Source: Candidatus Parvarchaeum sp.
Lineage (GTDB): Archaea; Nanobdellota; Nanobdellia; Parvarchaeales; Parvarchaeaceae
Length of the DNA: 34,911 bases
Assembly: GCA_049965555.1 (NCBI GenBank)
Contig: JBMFWF010000010.1
Coordinates: forward strand, 1-34,911
Direction of reading: 5' to 3'
Both the position numbers and the translations under genes were made by a program. Positions 18,476-28,310 of this stretch are shown here, one piece after another; the first letter of the stretch is position 1; each line of letters begins with the position of its first letter. The notes under the pieces were generated by a model. The model had not been told where the DNA came from, ran no database searches, and was given only the letters and a program-made list of their open reading frames with translations.

Positions 18476-19828
18476 ATGAAAAAGGACCCAACTTCGAATT
18501 CAGCAAGGCTTATCCTTTCCATAATTGGGGCAATACTGCTTATTTTCGGTTCAGTTATTTTTTTCTTCGGGTTTTTAATATTTCTGGGAGTAAATATTTT
18601 AAATAATTTCTTGCCAAAATCAGTATCTTCTGCTTTCCTTCCATCTAATGTATCATTTTTATCTGGGCTTAGCATGGTTGTTGGAATATCTATTATAATA
18701 TTAAGCAGGTTATTCCATACTAGCAGCAAATGGCTTAAGAATAGAGAAAAAAAGGGAGGCATACTGGCTATACTTTTATCTATTTTTTCATTAGCAGTGT
18801 TTTTTCTGTTTTTAACAGCGCTGAATTTCACATTGCTAGGTTATGTAATTTATCTAGTATTACTGCTTTTTGTAGCTGTAATAGTTTCGGTATTGCTAAA
18901 TTGGAAGTATATGAATGGAGGTTTAGATGAAGTTCTCCCGGGCGTTGGTTCATTTATAGCGGCAGGTTTTATTATATTTGTAATGTTTGCAGTTCTATAT
19001 GCGATGTTTCCAAATCAATCTATTTCTATTTCTAGTATAAGCAGTCAATCCTTATTTTCAGTGTTTACTGGCTCTTTTGGTCACAGCACATTTCATTCTG
19101 CTAATCTGAACTATACCTATCCAAGCTACCTAATTAATATCAATTTAAATGGCATATTCTCCTCTGCTGGTTCCCTTCTCTCTTTTAGCAATTCAACAAA
19201 TGCTAGCAGTAAGAATATAACAAAGATGCTGGAAAACACAAGTTTAAGTGTTCTCATACCGAATTCATTTCTTTTTTCAGCAATTGGAAACTCCCCGGAT
19301 TTTATATCCAACTTGAAGAATATAAACATAAGCACTTACTTAAAGCAGAATAGTTCTGAAAATGCGAGAAAATACTTAGAAAGTTATTTTCCTGAACTTA
19401 GTCAGTTCTACTTTATAATTACAGGGAGAGAGCGTATCAATTCATCGAACAATATAAGCGTATTCCATCTTTCTCCTTCTCAACTTATAGTTTACCTGAA
19501 AAAATACAACATAACCAATGTAAATTCGAGCTTCCCTATAAACCTAACCCAGTATATTTCAAACTCTACTTATAATAGGACAGTAGTAAATTACCTCCCC
19601 TCACAACTTTATCTTGTAAATATGTCCAATCATGTCGGAATAGAAGTTATATACAACAGTAAAAAGATATTCAATATTACACGCGTGCCTTTTTATTCTG
19701 CAAGCTTAAGCATGTACATTCAAAATTCAACTTTATGTTTTGAAGTTGGAGCAGACTTCCCCTCTAATACAGAAAATAATTTTGTTGAATCTAGCTTGTT
19801 TATACAGAGAACTATTAAATGCAGTTAA
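18476..19828 (+). CDS. Multi-TM membrane protein with large glycosylated external domain
   Basis: About 5 N-terminal TM helices followed by an N/S-rich domain with many sequons. ATG 18476 fits the TATA near 18445-18455. Confidence 0.75.
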   Translation: MKKDPTSNSARLILSIIGAILLIFGSVIFFFGFLIFLGVNILNNFLPKSVSSAFLPSNVSFLSGLSMVVGISIIILSRLFHTSSKWLKNREKKGGILAILLSIFSLAVFFLFLTALNFTLLGYVIYLVLLLFVAVIVSVLLNWKYMNGGLDEVLPGVGSFIAAGFIIFVMFAVLYAMFPNQSISISSISSQSLFSVFTGSFGHSTFHSANLNYTYPSYLININLNGIFSSAGSLLSFSNSTNASSKNITKMLENTSLSVLIPNSFLFSAIGNSPDFISNLKNINISTYLKQNSSENARKYLESYFPELSQFYFIITGRERINSSNNISVFHLSPSQLIVYLKKYNITNVNSSFPINLTQYISNSTYNRTVVNYLPSQLYLVNMSNHVGIEVIYNSKKIFNITRVPFYSASLSMYIQNSTLCFEVGADFPSNTENNFVESSLFIQRTIKCS

Positions 19829-19873
19829 GATTAAACAATTGCTGCTATTTGCTAGAATTTTAATAAAATAAAG

Positions 19874-19892
19874 GGGTTGAATTATACAACCC
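19874..19892. terminator. Hairpin between convergent genes
   Basis: GGGTTG-AATTATA-CAACCC, flanked by A-rich tracts (T-rich on the minus strand). Confidence 0.4.
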
Positions 19893-19932
19893 TAAATAAA
19901 AGAATTTCATTTTTCACAGAATCCAAAGAAGA

Positions 19933-20232
19933 TTACTGTTGATTACTTTGATTCTGTTGCGGTTCTTCTGAAGATTCAGAATTCGCTTCTGCACCAGTGT
20001 TTAAATCTGCTGCATCTTCCTGTTTTTCAGGAACACTTGATTGCACAGTTTGCTGTTCTTCTTTGTCCTCTTGCGGTTCCTGAGTTTCCTCAGCAACTGT
20101 TTGTTGAGGAACCTGCTCTGATGCCTGCTGTTGAGGCTCCATGTGCATTTTCATGTGTTCGTCGAGTTCTTCTTTAGTCTTGAACTCTTCTCCGCACTTT
20201 TCACATTTAAATTTTTTGTGGAATAATTCCAT
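19933..20232 (-). CDS. C2H2 zinc-finger protein with Q/E-rich disordered tail
   Basis: FKCEKCGEEFKTKEELDEHMKMH. Confidence 0.85.
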   Translation of the reverse strand: MELFHKKFKCEKCGEEFKTKEELDEHMKMHMEPQQQASEQVPQQTVAEETQEPQEDKEEQQTVQSSVPEKQEDAADLNTGAEANSESSEEPQQNQSNQQ

Positions 20233-20350
20233 ATTATTTAATGTAGCTCATGATATAAAAGGATTTGCGAAAATTGAATAAAAAACTGTAAATTTTTCAA
20301 TAAATTTTATGTTTTTAAAGAGATTTAAATTAACAAAAGAATAATCATAA

Positions 20351-21136
20351 ATGGTGTATTACTCACAGATCAATAGAAAGGAGATTTTGATTGAGGAATT
20401 TGGAATTGAACAACTAAACAAAAGAGTCATAGTCTGTCCAATAGAATGGAACAGAGTATTGCCGGATGATTGGATTGAAAGATTAAGCAAAGAATACAGC
20501 ATTAAAACTTTTAAAAGTTGCGACAGGCATTCAAGTAAGATTGAAAGTAATTACAAAATAAAAGATACGCTGTTTCTCTTCATAAATCGAGGAGTAGCAG
20601 AAGCAACTGATAGATTTTATATACTGGCTAAAAACTCAAAAGTTAAAGAGATTATATTTCTGGGATTAGCAGCATCTTTAGTTGATTCTCTTGACGCAGG
20701 TGACATAAATATACCAAAATTTGTACTTCCTTGGGAAGATATAAGTTCAGACTATGTCAACGCCTTTGAATTTTTACCTGTTGGAGATAAAGCACTTATT
20801 GATAAACTCACCAAAATAACAAAAGAATACACCGGCAGTTATAATCTAAAAGTTAAAAACGACAACCATGCGACGGTAGAATTATTCTATGGCGAAACTG
20901 TTCAGCTTTTGGAATTTTTCAAGCAGATGAACGTTTCTACACTTGATATGGAGTTATCTGCTTTATACAGATTATCTGCTGCTTTTGGTAAGAAAGCTGC
21001 AGGTATATTAGAAGTAGGAGATAGGCCATTACATAAGGAAGAATTTTTTTCAGAGAAGCATAAAAACAAAAAGGAGCTAATGAACAAAAGCAAAGAGGTT
21101 GTTTTTAAAGTTATTGAATCGCTATTAAAAAACTAG
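20351..21136 (+). CDS. Nucleoside phosphorylase (PNP/UDP family 1)
   Basis: IIFLGLAASL....GDI.IP, T..LFY.ET, LDMELSALY, GD.P. Confidence 0.75.
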   Translation: MVYYSQINRKEILIEEFGIEQLNKRVIVCPIEWNRVLPDDWIERLSKEYSIKTFKSCDRHSSKIESNYKIKDTLFLFINRGVAEATDRFYILAKNSKVKEIIFLGLAASLVDSLDAGDINIPKFVLPWEDISSDYVNAFEFLPVGDKALIDKLTKITKEYTGSYNLKVKNDNHATVELFYGETVQLLEFFKQMNVSTLDMELSALYRLSAAFGKKAAGILEVGDRPLHKEEFFSEKHKNKKELMNKSKEVVFKVIESLLKN

Positions 21137-21146
21137 AGGATTAAAA

Positions 21147-21705
21147 ATGGTAAAATATCCAATCCTTAGCTTTGAAATATCCCAGGAGAAAGATGAAAAG
21201 GTATGCATACAACGTCCTGAAGGCCTTCCATTAAAAATCAGCGGAAAGGTAAACATAATAAAGTACGTCGATAGTGTTTACAAAATACGATTAAAAGATA
21301 TACAAGCAAGTAGAGACCTTTTACAAAATGAATGGGATAAAGTTAATAGATTGGGAAAGCGTCAGGCTTTCAGAGCCGCAATTTGAAATAGCCACTGCTT
21401 TGGATAGATTGAATCTAAATGATGAGAAAAGAGCGCTATTTCTTTCTAGTTATATAAAAAACTCTAAAAAAGAAAACCTAGATGAATTGAATGACTATGA
21501 AAAGATAAGGTATTTTGACAGACTACTTTGGTCAATCTCCGAATTCGCAAAGCTTAAAGCAGGCATAACAGAAAGAGAAAAAGCAAGACAAAAATCTCCT
21601 TTGACATATGCACACAATGCCCATAGAGAATTCAAGAGATGCCGGGCTTTAGGGTTATTTCCCAAGAGAACGGTATTGATAATCTATCAAAAAAATCACA
21701 GTTAA
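21147..21705 (+). pseudogene. Aminoglycoside/choline-kinase-family phosphotransferase, internally deleted and frameshifted
   Basis: First frame has an N-lobe-like VYKIR...LLQNE. Second frame starts at IKLIDWE...EPQFEIA. The HxD catalytic loop is missing and the junction is near 21325-21335. Confidence 0.6.
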
Positions 21706-21788
21706 TATTGATATTTATTAACTTCTTTGTAATAGTAAACTATTTATATGGGTAAACTTCTATAATAGTTATTAAAAAGAGGTGTAAC

Positions 21789-22250
21789 ATGGAAATTAAA
21801 TTGGATTTGATTCTGTTGGAAGAACTAACTAGAAAATATGGGAAGGTTGAAAGTGATTCTTCCCCTGGAAAAGAAGGGAGTTTTAACGCCAATTCATACT
21901 CTCTTGACCTGAGTAATGGAAAAAATAAACTCGAAGTGCATTTACATGAATACCAAATTGGTAACAAAAGCGGTAATTCAAAGGTTATAAACTTGAACCT
22001 ATACGCAAAGAGCGGCTTATTTTATGACTATAGAAAAATCCTAAGTTACACGCGGGGATCAAACGACGAGAAAAAATTGATTTTATTGACTGGAAACAAA
22101 TACAGAGAGAACAAAACTTACACCGAAGGAGATTCGACTTTCATTGAAATGAAATACACTAAAAACGTAAAGACCGCAATAGCAGCCCTTAAAAACTTTG
22201 CTTACAACAAAGAAGGGTTAGAAAGCCTGGTTCCAATATCTGAAGTGTAA
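21789..22250 (+). CDS. Hypothetical protein
   Basis: 153-aa ORF with TTTATATG box and GAGGTG SD. Confidence 0.7.
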   Translation: MEIKLDLILLEELTRKYGKVESDSSPGKEGSFNANSYSLDLSNGKNKLEVHLHEYQIGNKSGNSKVINLNLYAKSGLFYDYRKILSYTRGSNDEKKLILLTGNKYRENKTYTEGDSTFIEMKYTKNVKTAIAALKNFAYNKEGLESLVPISEV

Positions 22251-22339
22251 AGGCATTATTCTTAATTCATTATAATTTTATTTTGTGAACCTTATTTAAA
22301 GGGATTAAGATTTATATAAGATCTTATTTAATAATTTCG

Positions 22340-23266
22340 ATGACAAAAGAAAGCTTAGAGGTGCTTATTAATGATTTTTCAATAATTAAGAGTGAAAAAC
22401 CAAGCCATGATTTTTGTTATTCTACTTACCACGAAATCAGAGATTATTACAATAAAATATACCAAGAAATGAAAACTCAGTATATGATAAAAGACATAGA
22501 AGAATTTGCCAGAAATCCAAAAACCTATGAAAAATTGAAGCATAGCTCAAAATTGGGGATATTCATATCCGCTGCCATAAACAAAAACATCCAAGAGGGA
22601 GAAAGAGTTTTCATAAATTCTCCAATTCCCATTGACTTGCTTTTTTATAATTTGAAGGGTTCAGAAGCCCATACGGATAAGGCTGGCGATAGGTTAGGAT
22701 ACTGCGCAGAGAACAGCAGGATATACGCAAATGAAGCAGGCGATTATGCAGGCTCAGACATTGTTAATTCAGAGCTACATATTATTAGTGCGGGCAATTC
22801 TCTAGGAGAGTACGCAAAAAACAGCAAAATATATGCAGAAAAGGCCGGAGACGACGCAGGAAGCTATATAGATAATTCAGAGCTGCATATAACTATAGCA
22901 GAGGATTACCTTGGATCAGGCGCAGAGAACAGCAGGATATATGCCGGCAATGCAGGTGCTTGGGCGGGATATTATCTAAAAAATTCAGAACTAAGAGTAG
23001 TGAGCGCATTGGATTACCTTGGTTATGGAGCAAAAAACAGCACAGTATACGCTGAAAAAATGAAAGTTCAGTACAATAAGGAGAGCTACGATCAAGTAAA
23101 GAACCTGAGATTGTGCATAGGCACATTAGAAGGAAAATTAAAGCACAAGCTAAACTTTTTGAAAGGCCTTGCAGGAGAAGGCAATGAAATTTGCCTATCT
23201 AAGCAAACTTATAATAAGCACAGAATATTGTACAAAATGACCGGGGCAAAGATCTGGGAAATATAA
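22340..23266 (+). CDS. Beta-helix repeat protein (FwdC/GltB-C GXGXG-like)
   Basis: About seven 18-aa units of AGD.[LA]G....NS.[IL][YH], alternating in 36-aa pairs. Confidence 0.7.
   Translation: MTKESLEVLINDFSIIKSEKPSHDFCYSTYHEIRDYYNKIYQEMKTQYMIKDIEEFARNPKTYEKLKHSSKLGIFISAAINKNIQEGERVFINSPIPIDLLFYNLKGSEAHTDKAGDRLGYCAENSRIYANEAGDYAGSDIVNSELHIISAGNSLGEYAKNSKIYAEKAGDDAGSYIDNSELHITIAEDYLGSGAENSRIYAGNAGAWAGYYLKNSELRVVSALDYLGYGAKNSTVYAEKMKVQYNKESYDQVKNLRLCIGTLEGKLKHKLNFLKGLAGEGNEICLSKQTYNKHRILYKMTGAKIWEI
22657..23058 (+). repeat. Intragenic tandem repeat with 54/108-nt period
   Basis: AATTCAGA at 22766, 22874 and 22982 (108-nt spacing). GCGCAGAGAACAGCAGGATATA at 22704 and 22920 (216-nt spacing). 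Confidence 0.8.
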
Positions 23267-23360
23267 TCGATAATCTGTAAAATTTAGGGATAACCCAAAA
23301 TATTAAATCAAGAATACCATTATATCAGTAATAAATATCCATAATCTTTATTATTATCTT

Positions 23361-23909
23361 ATGAAGGAGATAGAGACTAAGATAATAAATATAGATGAGA
23401 AGGAAGTAAGAAAAAGGCTAATAAAAATCGGCGCCAAGAAAGTTGCCAAGTTGTTTTATAGAAGGTATGTATTCTCTTTGACTAATAAAAAGAAGATAGA
23501 TGAGTTTGTAAGAGTAAGAACAGACGGCAAAAAAACGACTATTACCTACAAATACAGAGAAGGAAATGGACTTAGAAACACAGAAGAGATAGAGACTGAA
23601 GTAGAAGATTTCAAAAAGGCCACAGATTTATTCAAAAAAGCGCTTAAGATAACGCCGATATATCAGGAAAATATCGTTGAAAAATGGCTTTACAAAGGAG
23701 TAGAAATAGACATAGCGTACTGGCCTTTGATAAAACCTATCCTAGAGATAGAAGGGAAAAGCATAAAAGATATTGTCAAAACGAAGGAAAAACTGAACAT
23801 AAAAGGGATGGATATAGGGAACAAGAACCTTGATTTCACATTTAGATATTATAATCAAGCTGGAAAAGACCGCGGAGACTTGTACTTTAAAAAACAAAAA
23901 TCAATATAA
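23361..23909 (+). CDS. CYTH / class IV adenylyl cyclase-like triphosphate tunnel enzyme
   Basis: EIETK start, RVR....TITYK, EEIET.V, LEIEG. Confidence 0.85.
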   Translation: MKEIETKIINIDEKEVRKRLIKIGAKKVAKLFYRRYVFSLTNKKKIDEFVRVRTDGKKTTITYKYREGNGLRNTEEIETEVEDFKKATDLFKKALKITPIYQENIVEKWLYKGVEIDIAYWPLIKPILEIEGKSIKDIVKTKEKLNIKGMDIGNKNLDFTFRYYNQAGKDRGDLYFKKQKSI

Positions 23910-23969
23910 CCTTGAATGTTCCTTTAAGACCTATTAAAAAGTAATTTAAGCTTATAAAGGGGAAAATAC

Positions 23970-24479
23970 ATGGAAATAAGCGGTAATCCAGAATGCAAGG
24001 AATTATTAATCAATTCTTTAAGGGTCTTTAAGCCTTTTAGAGGTACTTACATAAACATAGACTATGGATTTCTGCCGAAGGGGATAGCCGGCAGAGTAAA
24101 CGCAGAAATAGAAACAATAAGAAAGAGAAAAATACCTAGGTTTTTTGGTAAGGAAATCGTAAGGATAAGGCGCAGAATAAAAAACAATGAGTTCTACATA
24201 AGAATAAATGCAAATTTGGCAAAGATAGAAGAGGAAAATTTGAGAAAACAGGTAGTCACTAGTGTCATAATTCATGAACTTCTGCACATAGAAAGAAAGG
24301 ATCTATTGGAGCACAGTAAAAATTACAGAAAAAGAAAGCATAAAAAGATACATTCCTCCCTTGAAAAGGAAGCCCTTAAAAGATTAAATGCATTGAGAGA
24401 AATGGGCGGCTTAAAGCCTGTAGGCAAGGAAAACTACATCGAAAAAGAGATTTTAAGCAGAGTAAGCAATGCCCAATAG
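23970..24479 (+). CDS. Basic SprT-like zincin metalloprotease-fold protein
   Basis: I.IN..L...VIIHELLH....H. Confidence 0.6.
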   Translation: MEISGNPECKELLINSLRVFKPFRGTYINIDYGFLPKGIAGRVNAEIETIRKRKIPRFFGKEIVRIRRRIKNNEFYIRINANLAKIEEENLRKQVVTSVIIHELLHIERKDLLEHSKNYRKRKHKKIHSSLEKEALKRLNALREMGGLKPVGKENYIEKEILSRVSNAQ

Positions 24480-24488
24480 CTTATTATC

Positions 24489-25067
24489 CTATTTATCATT
24501 GCAGTAACTGATTATTTCCTTTATTTTACTGTTGAAATCATTTGTAGTATAGCTTTGTATATTATAACAGGTCTTAAGTAACCCTTTAACTTCCTTTTCC
24601 ATCTCTGAAAAGTTTACATCGGTGTAAAGCTTGTATATATAGGAATTTATAAAATAGCTGATGCCTGCTTTATAGTCCTGCGGATGGCCTACATTCCCGA
24701 ATTTATGCGTTAATTCATGGAGAAGTACCTCTGTTAACTTATTAGAGGTGGAATCGAAAAGCTGCTCATCTACAGCATCTTCAAAGTATTCTTTATCCAA
24801 AGCATTACTTCTTTTATTTGAATCGCTATTAAGAAAATTAAATAGGTCTTTGTTCTCCCTTTTTATCGCTTTGTAGCATGATTCTCCTATTTTACTCAGG
24901 AATATCTCTACCTTATCCTGATTATGATTGTACCTGCCGAGCAGATTCTTGTCAAAATCCGGATTCGAAACTATAAACTCTATTGTTGTTTCATTGGGTT
25001 TTTTATTTCTATACTGGCTCTTAATACTGTTATCTCTTCTAATAATGTCTGCAAACTTAATATCCAT
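24489..25067 (-). CDS. Hypothetical HExxH zincin-like protein (start uncertain: 25067 or 25079)
   Basis: LGRY...VEIF, VLLHELTH.....H. Confidence 0.6.
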   Translation of the reverse strand: MDIKFADIIRRDNSIKSQYRNKKPNETTIEFIVSNPDFDKNLLGRYNHNQDKVEIFLSKIGESCYKAIKRENKDLFNFLNSDSNKRSNALDKEYFEDAVDEQLFDSTSNKLTEVLLHELTHKFGNVGHPQDYKAGISYFINSYIYKLYTDVNFSEMEKEVKGLLKTCYNIQSYTTNDFNSKIKEIISYCNDK

Positions 25068-25210
25068 AACTACTATCATATAGTGAATATAATTTATATA
25101 AATAGCTTTTGCCAAACAATAAACCTAAAATATGCAGTTATTTGTATAATCAAAATAAGGCTTGGCTTTAGTTAATTAATGGTTATATACCTACTTTTCT
25201 TTATATTCGA

Positions 25211-25855
25211 ATGGAAGAGATAGTTTTTCCTTCAATTCCGAACTTGGTAACTGTGCCAGATTACAGCAATAGATTGAATACTTTAATACAAACCAAAATC
25301 ACATACCCATATAATTTTATAGCAGCTAAGAAGGAATTTAGAACGCTTTACGCAGAGGCCATAAAATGCTTTCTTTACGGCCTACCGGATGCCGCTCTGT
25401 CACTGGCAGTAAGGTGTCTGGAAAGGGGTTTGAAGGAGTACTTTGCGAAAAATGGGATCAAGGAGATAACATACAAAGACAGAGATAAAAAATTAAAGAA
25501 GAAAAAAGCAGAGTATGCCAGGCTATTTGAAATTATAAGGTGCTCAGAGAACCCTCTTAAAGACAGGGAGATACTGGAATATCTAAAATCGCTTAGAAAT
25601 TATATACATGAAGATACCTTGGTAACCGACTTTCATGCATTAGAAGCAATAAAACATGGCACTGATGCATTAAACAAGCTGTTCCCATTTGAAAGTGTAA
25701 ACATTGCAGTGGAAAAATGCAGGATTTGCGGAGAAAAGCATGAATTAAAGGCAGAACCTGATGAATATTACATAGGAAACAGGATACAGCTGCGCTGTAC
25801 AAACAGGCCTTACCCCTTCAATTTCATCGGCGAGCTCGTAGTAAACTTAAACTAA
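25211..25855 (+). CDS. DUF4145/HEPN-like protein with C-terminal Zn ribbon
   Basis: EA..C...G...AA.....R.LE helix pattern, LRNYIH, then CRIC..H...C. Confidence 0.6.
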   Translation: MEEIVFPSIPNLVTVPDYSNRLNTLIQTKITYPYNFIAAKKEFRTLYAEAIKCFLYGLPDAALSLAVRCLERGLKEYFAKNGIKEITYKDRDKKLKKKKAEYARLFEIIRCSENPLKDREILEYLKSLRNYIHEDTLVTDFHALEAIKHGTDALNKLFPFESVNIAVEKCRICGEKHELKAEPDEYYIGNRIQLRCTNRPYPFNFIGELVVNLN

Positions 25856-26379
25856 TTGCCTAACTTATCTTTATTTTCCTTCTTTGTGCCGTAATAATGC
25901 CTAAGTGAAAGCAGGAATACCGGTATCTGGAAAAAGTAGAATATGTCATTCCATACTCTGCCGTAAAGCCCAGAATAGATCCCTTTCATTGCAAGATTAT
26001 AAAAAGCATAATTGACTAAGCTGCCTGCTTCATACGCAATTGCATAAATGCCCATCTTTTTCTTTTCTTTTGCGGTAAAAACTAAAGCTGTCATTGTTGC
26101 AAGTTCTTGCAGAAAAGCCTCCATATACCAAACAGGGCCGCTCACTGTAGTATTTTCGTATATCAACGGCAAACCTACGACTTTGGAGGCTGCAAAATCC
26201 TTGCTCCAATTTGCCACCCCTATTGAAAGAGCGGCCAGCGGAGCTATATACTGCCTTAATCTGCCTATGTTCTTTCTATAGTAATTAGCTATCCTGTACC
26301 TTAGATTGTTTTTAATTCTTTTTCCTTTATATTCGCTGTCCTCTTCCATAATTTCATCTAGTTTTTTGCCAGTGAACAT
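25852..26379 (-). CDS. Hypothetical membrane protein
   Basis: About 4 hydrophobic segments. ATG 26379 fits TTTATAAA at 26401-26408. Confidence 0.65.
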   Translation of the reverse strand: MFTGKKLDEIMEEDSEYKGKRIKNNLRYRIANYYRKNIGRLRQYIAPLAALSIGVANWSKDFAASKVVGLPLIYENTTVSGPVWYMEAFLQELATMTALVFTAKEKKKMGIYAIAYEAGSLVNYAFYNLAMKGIYSGLYGRVWNDIFYFFQIPVFLLSLRHYYGTKKENKDKLGN

Positions 26380-26509
26380 TAAATTATTAAAAGGCAATTA
26401 TTTATAAATGAAACTGTCAACAAAACGAAAAGACAAGGCTAATAATCAAGGTATAAAAACCCTTAAACAACGCTTAAAGTATGGCAGCTGGCAGCAATGA
26501 TCTCATTAC

Positions 26510-27031
26510 TTAAAAATTTTTGATTTCTTCCACTATTTTTTCGCTTATCCTCTGGTTCTCATCGAATAAAAATGCCGCTTTTATCTTTTTGCCTTTTAGT
26601 ATATCCGGCAGCCAGTACCTGTCGTCTTCCCACATTTTATCAAGGGGTATTTTGTCTATGTCTACCCATAAAGGGGCCATTTCCTCTGTTTCATTCGGTG
26701 TGCCTTCCCATGAATAAGAGATAAAGACATAGGCTCTTTGATTCATGTTTTTATCAGCAGTGTTGCCCTTAAAATAAAACTCGATTACAGCAACTTTTTC
26801 AAAGTCTTTCAACTTGACTGTTATCTCTTCCCTCGTTTCTCTGATCAAAGCCTGCTCTACAGTCTCATTCTTTTCTAGCTTTCCGCCAACCCCGTTGATT
26901 TTCCCTTCTCCAAACCCTCTTTTTTTCATTGCCAGCAAAACTTTGCCGTTTTTCCTGTCTATTAAGTAACATAGTGTAACTTCCTTCAAGCCTTTGCTGT
27001 ATTTCTTAATGTATTCTTCTATTCCTTCCAT
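26510..27031 (-). CDS. Nudix hydrolase, MTH1-like 8-oxo-dGTP diphosphatase
   Basis: KKRGFGEGK.NG.GGK, RETREE, ETEEM.P.W, MWEDDRYWLP. Start 27031 fits the TATA at 27052-27059. Confidence 0.9.
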   Translation of the reverse strand: MEGIEEYIKKYSKGLKEVTLCYLIDRKNGKVLLAMKKRGFGEGKINGVGGKLEKNETVEQALIRETREEITVKLKDFEKVAVIEFYFKGNTADKNMNQRAYVFISYSWEGTPNETEEMAPLWVDIDKIPLDKMWEDDRYWLPDILKGKKIKAAFLFDENQRISEKIVEEIKNF

Positions 27032-27088
27032 AAAAACAATTGTGATGCACATTTATAAATTTGAGCTACTTATAAACACTGTATAGAT

Positions 27089-27472
27089 ATGAGAAAATAT
27101 AAAAATAAGGAAGTAGAAGAATTTGACTTATTTGGCATACCTCTAAAAGTCTTATTCATGTTCCTCCTCTTTGTGTTTCTAATAGCGGCGGTGTTTGCAA
27201 GCATAATGGCAGTCATAACTATACCTTTTGGCATGTACCCCTACTTTGTCAACCCTTTTTGGCACATATTCGGAGTAATAATAGGCGTTCTTTTCTTATT
27301 CTGGATATTCAGCTGGATTTTCAGGCCAAGGTTCTATGTGAGAAGGTATAGATGGAATGGCTTTGGATCATTCAATAGCAGCAATGCGGAAGAGATACTG
27401 AAAATGAGGTTTGCCAGAGGGGAAATTTCAAAGAAGGAATTTGAAGAGATGATGCGCGAAATCAAGAAATGA
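27089..27472 (+). CDS. Membrane protein with C-terminal SHOCT domain
   Basis: Two TM helices, then AEEILKMRFARGEISKKEFEEM. Confidence 0.85.
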   Translation: MRKYKNKEVEEFDLFGIPLKVLFMFLLFVFLIAAVFASIMAVITIPFGMYPYFVNPFWHIFGVIIGVLFLFWIFSWIFRPRFYVRRYRWNGFGSFNSSNAEEILKMRFARGEISKKEFEEMMREIKK

Positions 27473-27502
27473 CTTATAACGCAAGAAAAACTGACAAGCA
27501 AA

Positions 27503-28216
27503 TCACTGGCTGTAGCGTTTCAAGTATTCCTGGTGTGCAATGTGTACAGCATCGCTTAAAACTGACTTGAGCCTGCTTATAACACCAGGATTATAGGCCT
27601 TGCTTATTTTCCGGTAGTATTTGTCATTTTTGTCGATGTAATCCAAAAGATTTGCCTCCTTCAGGTCTATTATATCCTTGTCGCACCTGCCATTCATCAA
27701 CCGGTTTCTCCAGGCATTGTACTTCAGCCTGCAGAGGTTCAATGGATCTACGAAGTAGATCTTTTGGCCGTTGTATTCCCTGTAAAGAGCATTTTTCCTG
27801 AGGTTTTCAAAGCCTTCATTTTTATCAAGCAGGCCTTCGCTGGAATAGAACTCCACCCTTATCTTTTTATTATCTAACTGCAGATAGGAAACATGTATAT
27901 CTGCATTGAACAGCGGCTTTGAGCCTGCATCCTTAATGTCTCTAAACCCTTTATCATAAAGCAAATCTTTCATTTCCTCTACATTTCCATCCACGACAAC
28001 ATCTATATCTTTGGGTTTATGAAAAGGATAGTAATTCTGCAATGCCGCGCCACCTATTAATATTGCGTTTTCCTTGCCGAAAATTGAGGAAAAAATTGAA
28101 TAGCTCTTAGCTATGTCTTCCTGACTTAGATATTCGCCCGATTCATAATTAACCGGCTCTATAAGATCTTCGTTAGATAGTTTTGAAAGTATCATTTGCA
28201 GAGTTCTTTTTATCAT
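27503..28216 (-). CDS. Pol-beta-fold nucleotidyltransferase (AbiEii/DUF6036-like)
   Basis: LIGGAAL, KDIDVV, L..LK....R.....KD..DL. Confidence 0.75.
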   Translation of the reverse strand: MIKRTLQMILSKLSNEDLIEPVNYESGEYLSQEDIAKSYSIFSSIFGKENAILIGGAALQNYYPFHKPKDIDVVVDGNVEEMKDLLYDKGFRDIKDAGSKPLFNADIHVSYLQLDNKKIRVEFYSSEGLLDKNEGFENLRKNALYREYNGQKIYFVDPLNLCRLKYNAWRNRLMNGRCDKDIIDLKEANLLDYIDKNDKYYRKISKAYNPGVISRLKSVLSDAVHIAHQEYLKRYSQ

Positions 28217-28310
28217 AAATCTAGTAGAAGGTAAATATTATTTAAATCTTTCTTTTGGTTGAACACTTAAAAGTGATAAATATTTAAATAGTTCCTTTCT
28301 ATAATTATGA

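Noticed and set aside
22657-23058. Periodic repeats as a possible CRISPR array
   Set aside because: The repeats are in-frame, degenerate at codon level and inside a CDS, with no spacer structure or cas genes.
25852-26379. Faint likeness to lipoprotein signal peptidase II
   Set aside because: The catalytic motifs (GN..DR, V.DF, FN.AD) are not convincingly present.
26408-26500. 30-codon plus-strand ORF MKLSTKRKDK...
   Set aside because: It starts within the TATA box of the divergent gene, with no SD, no properly spaced promoter and no motif.
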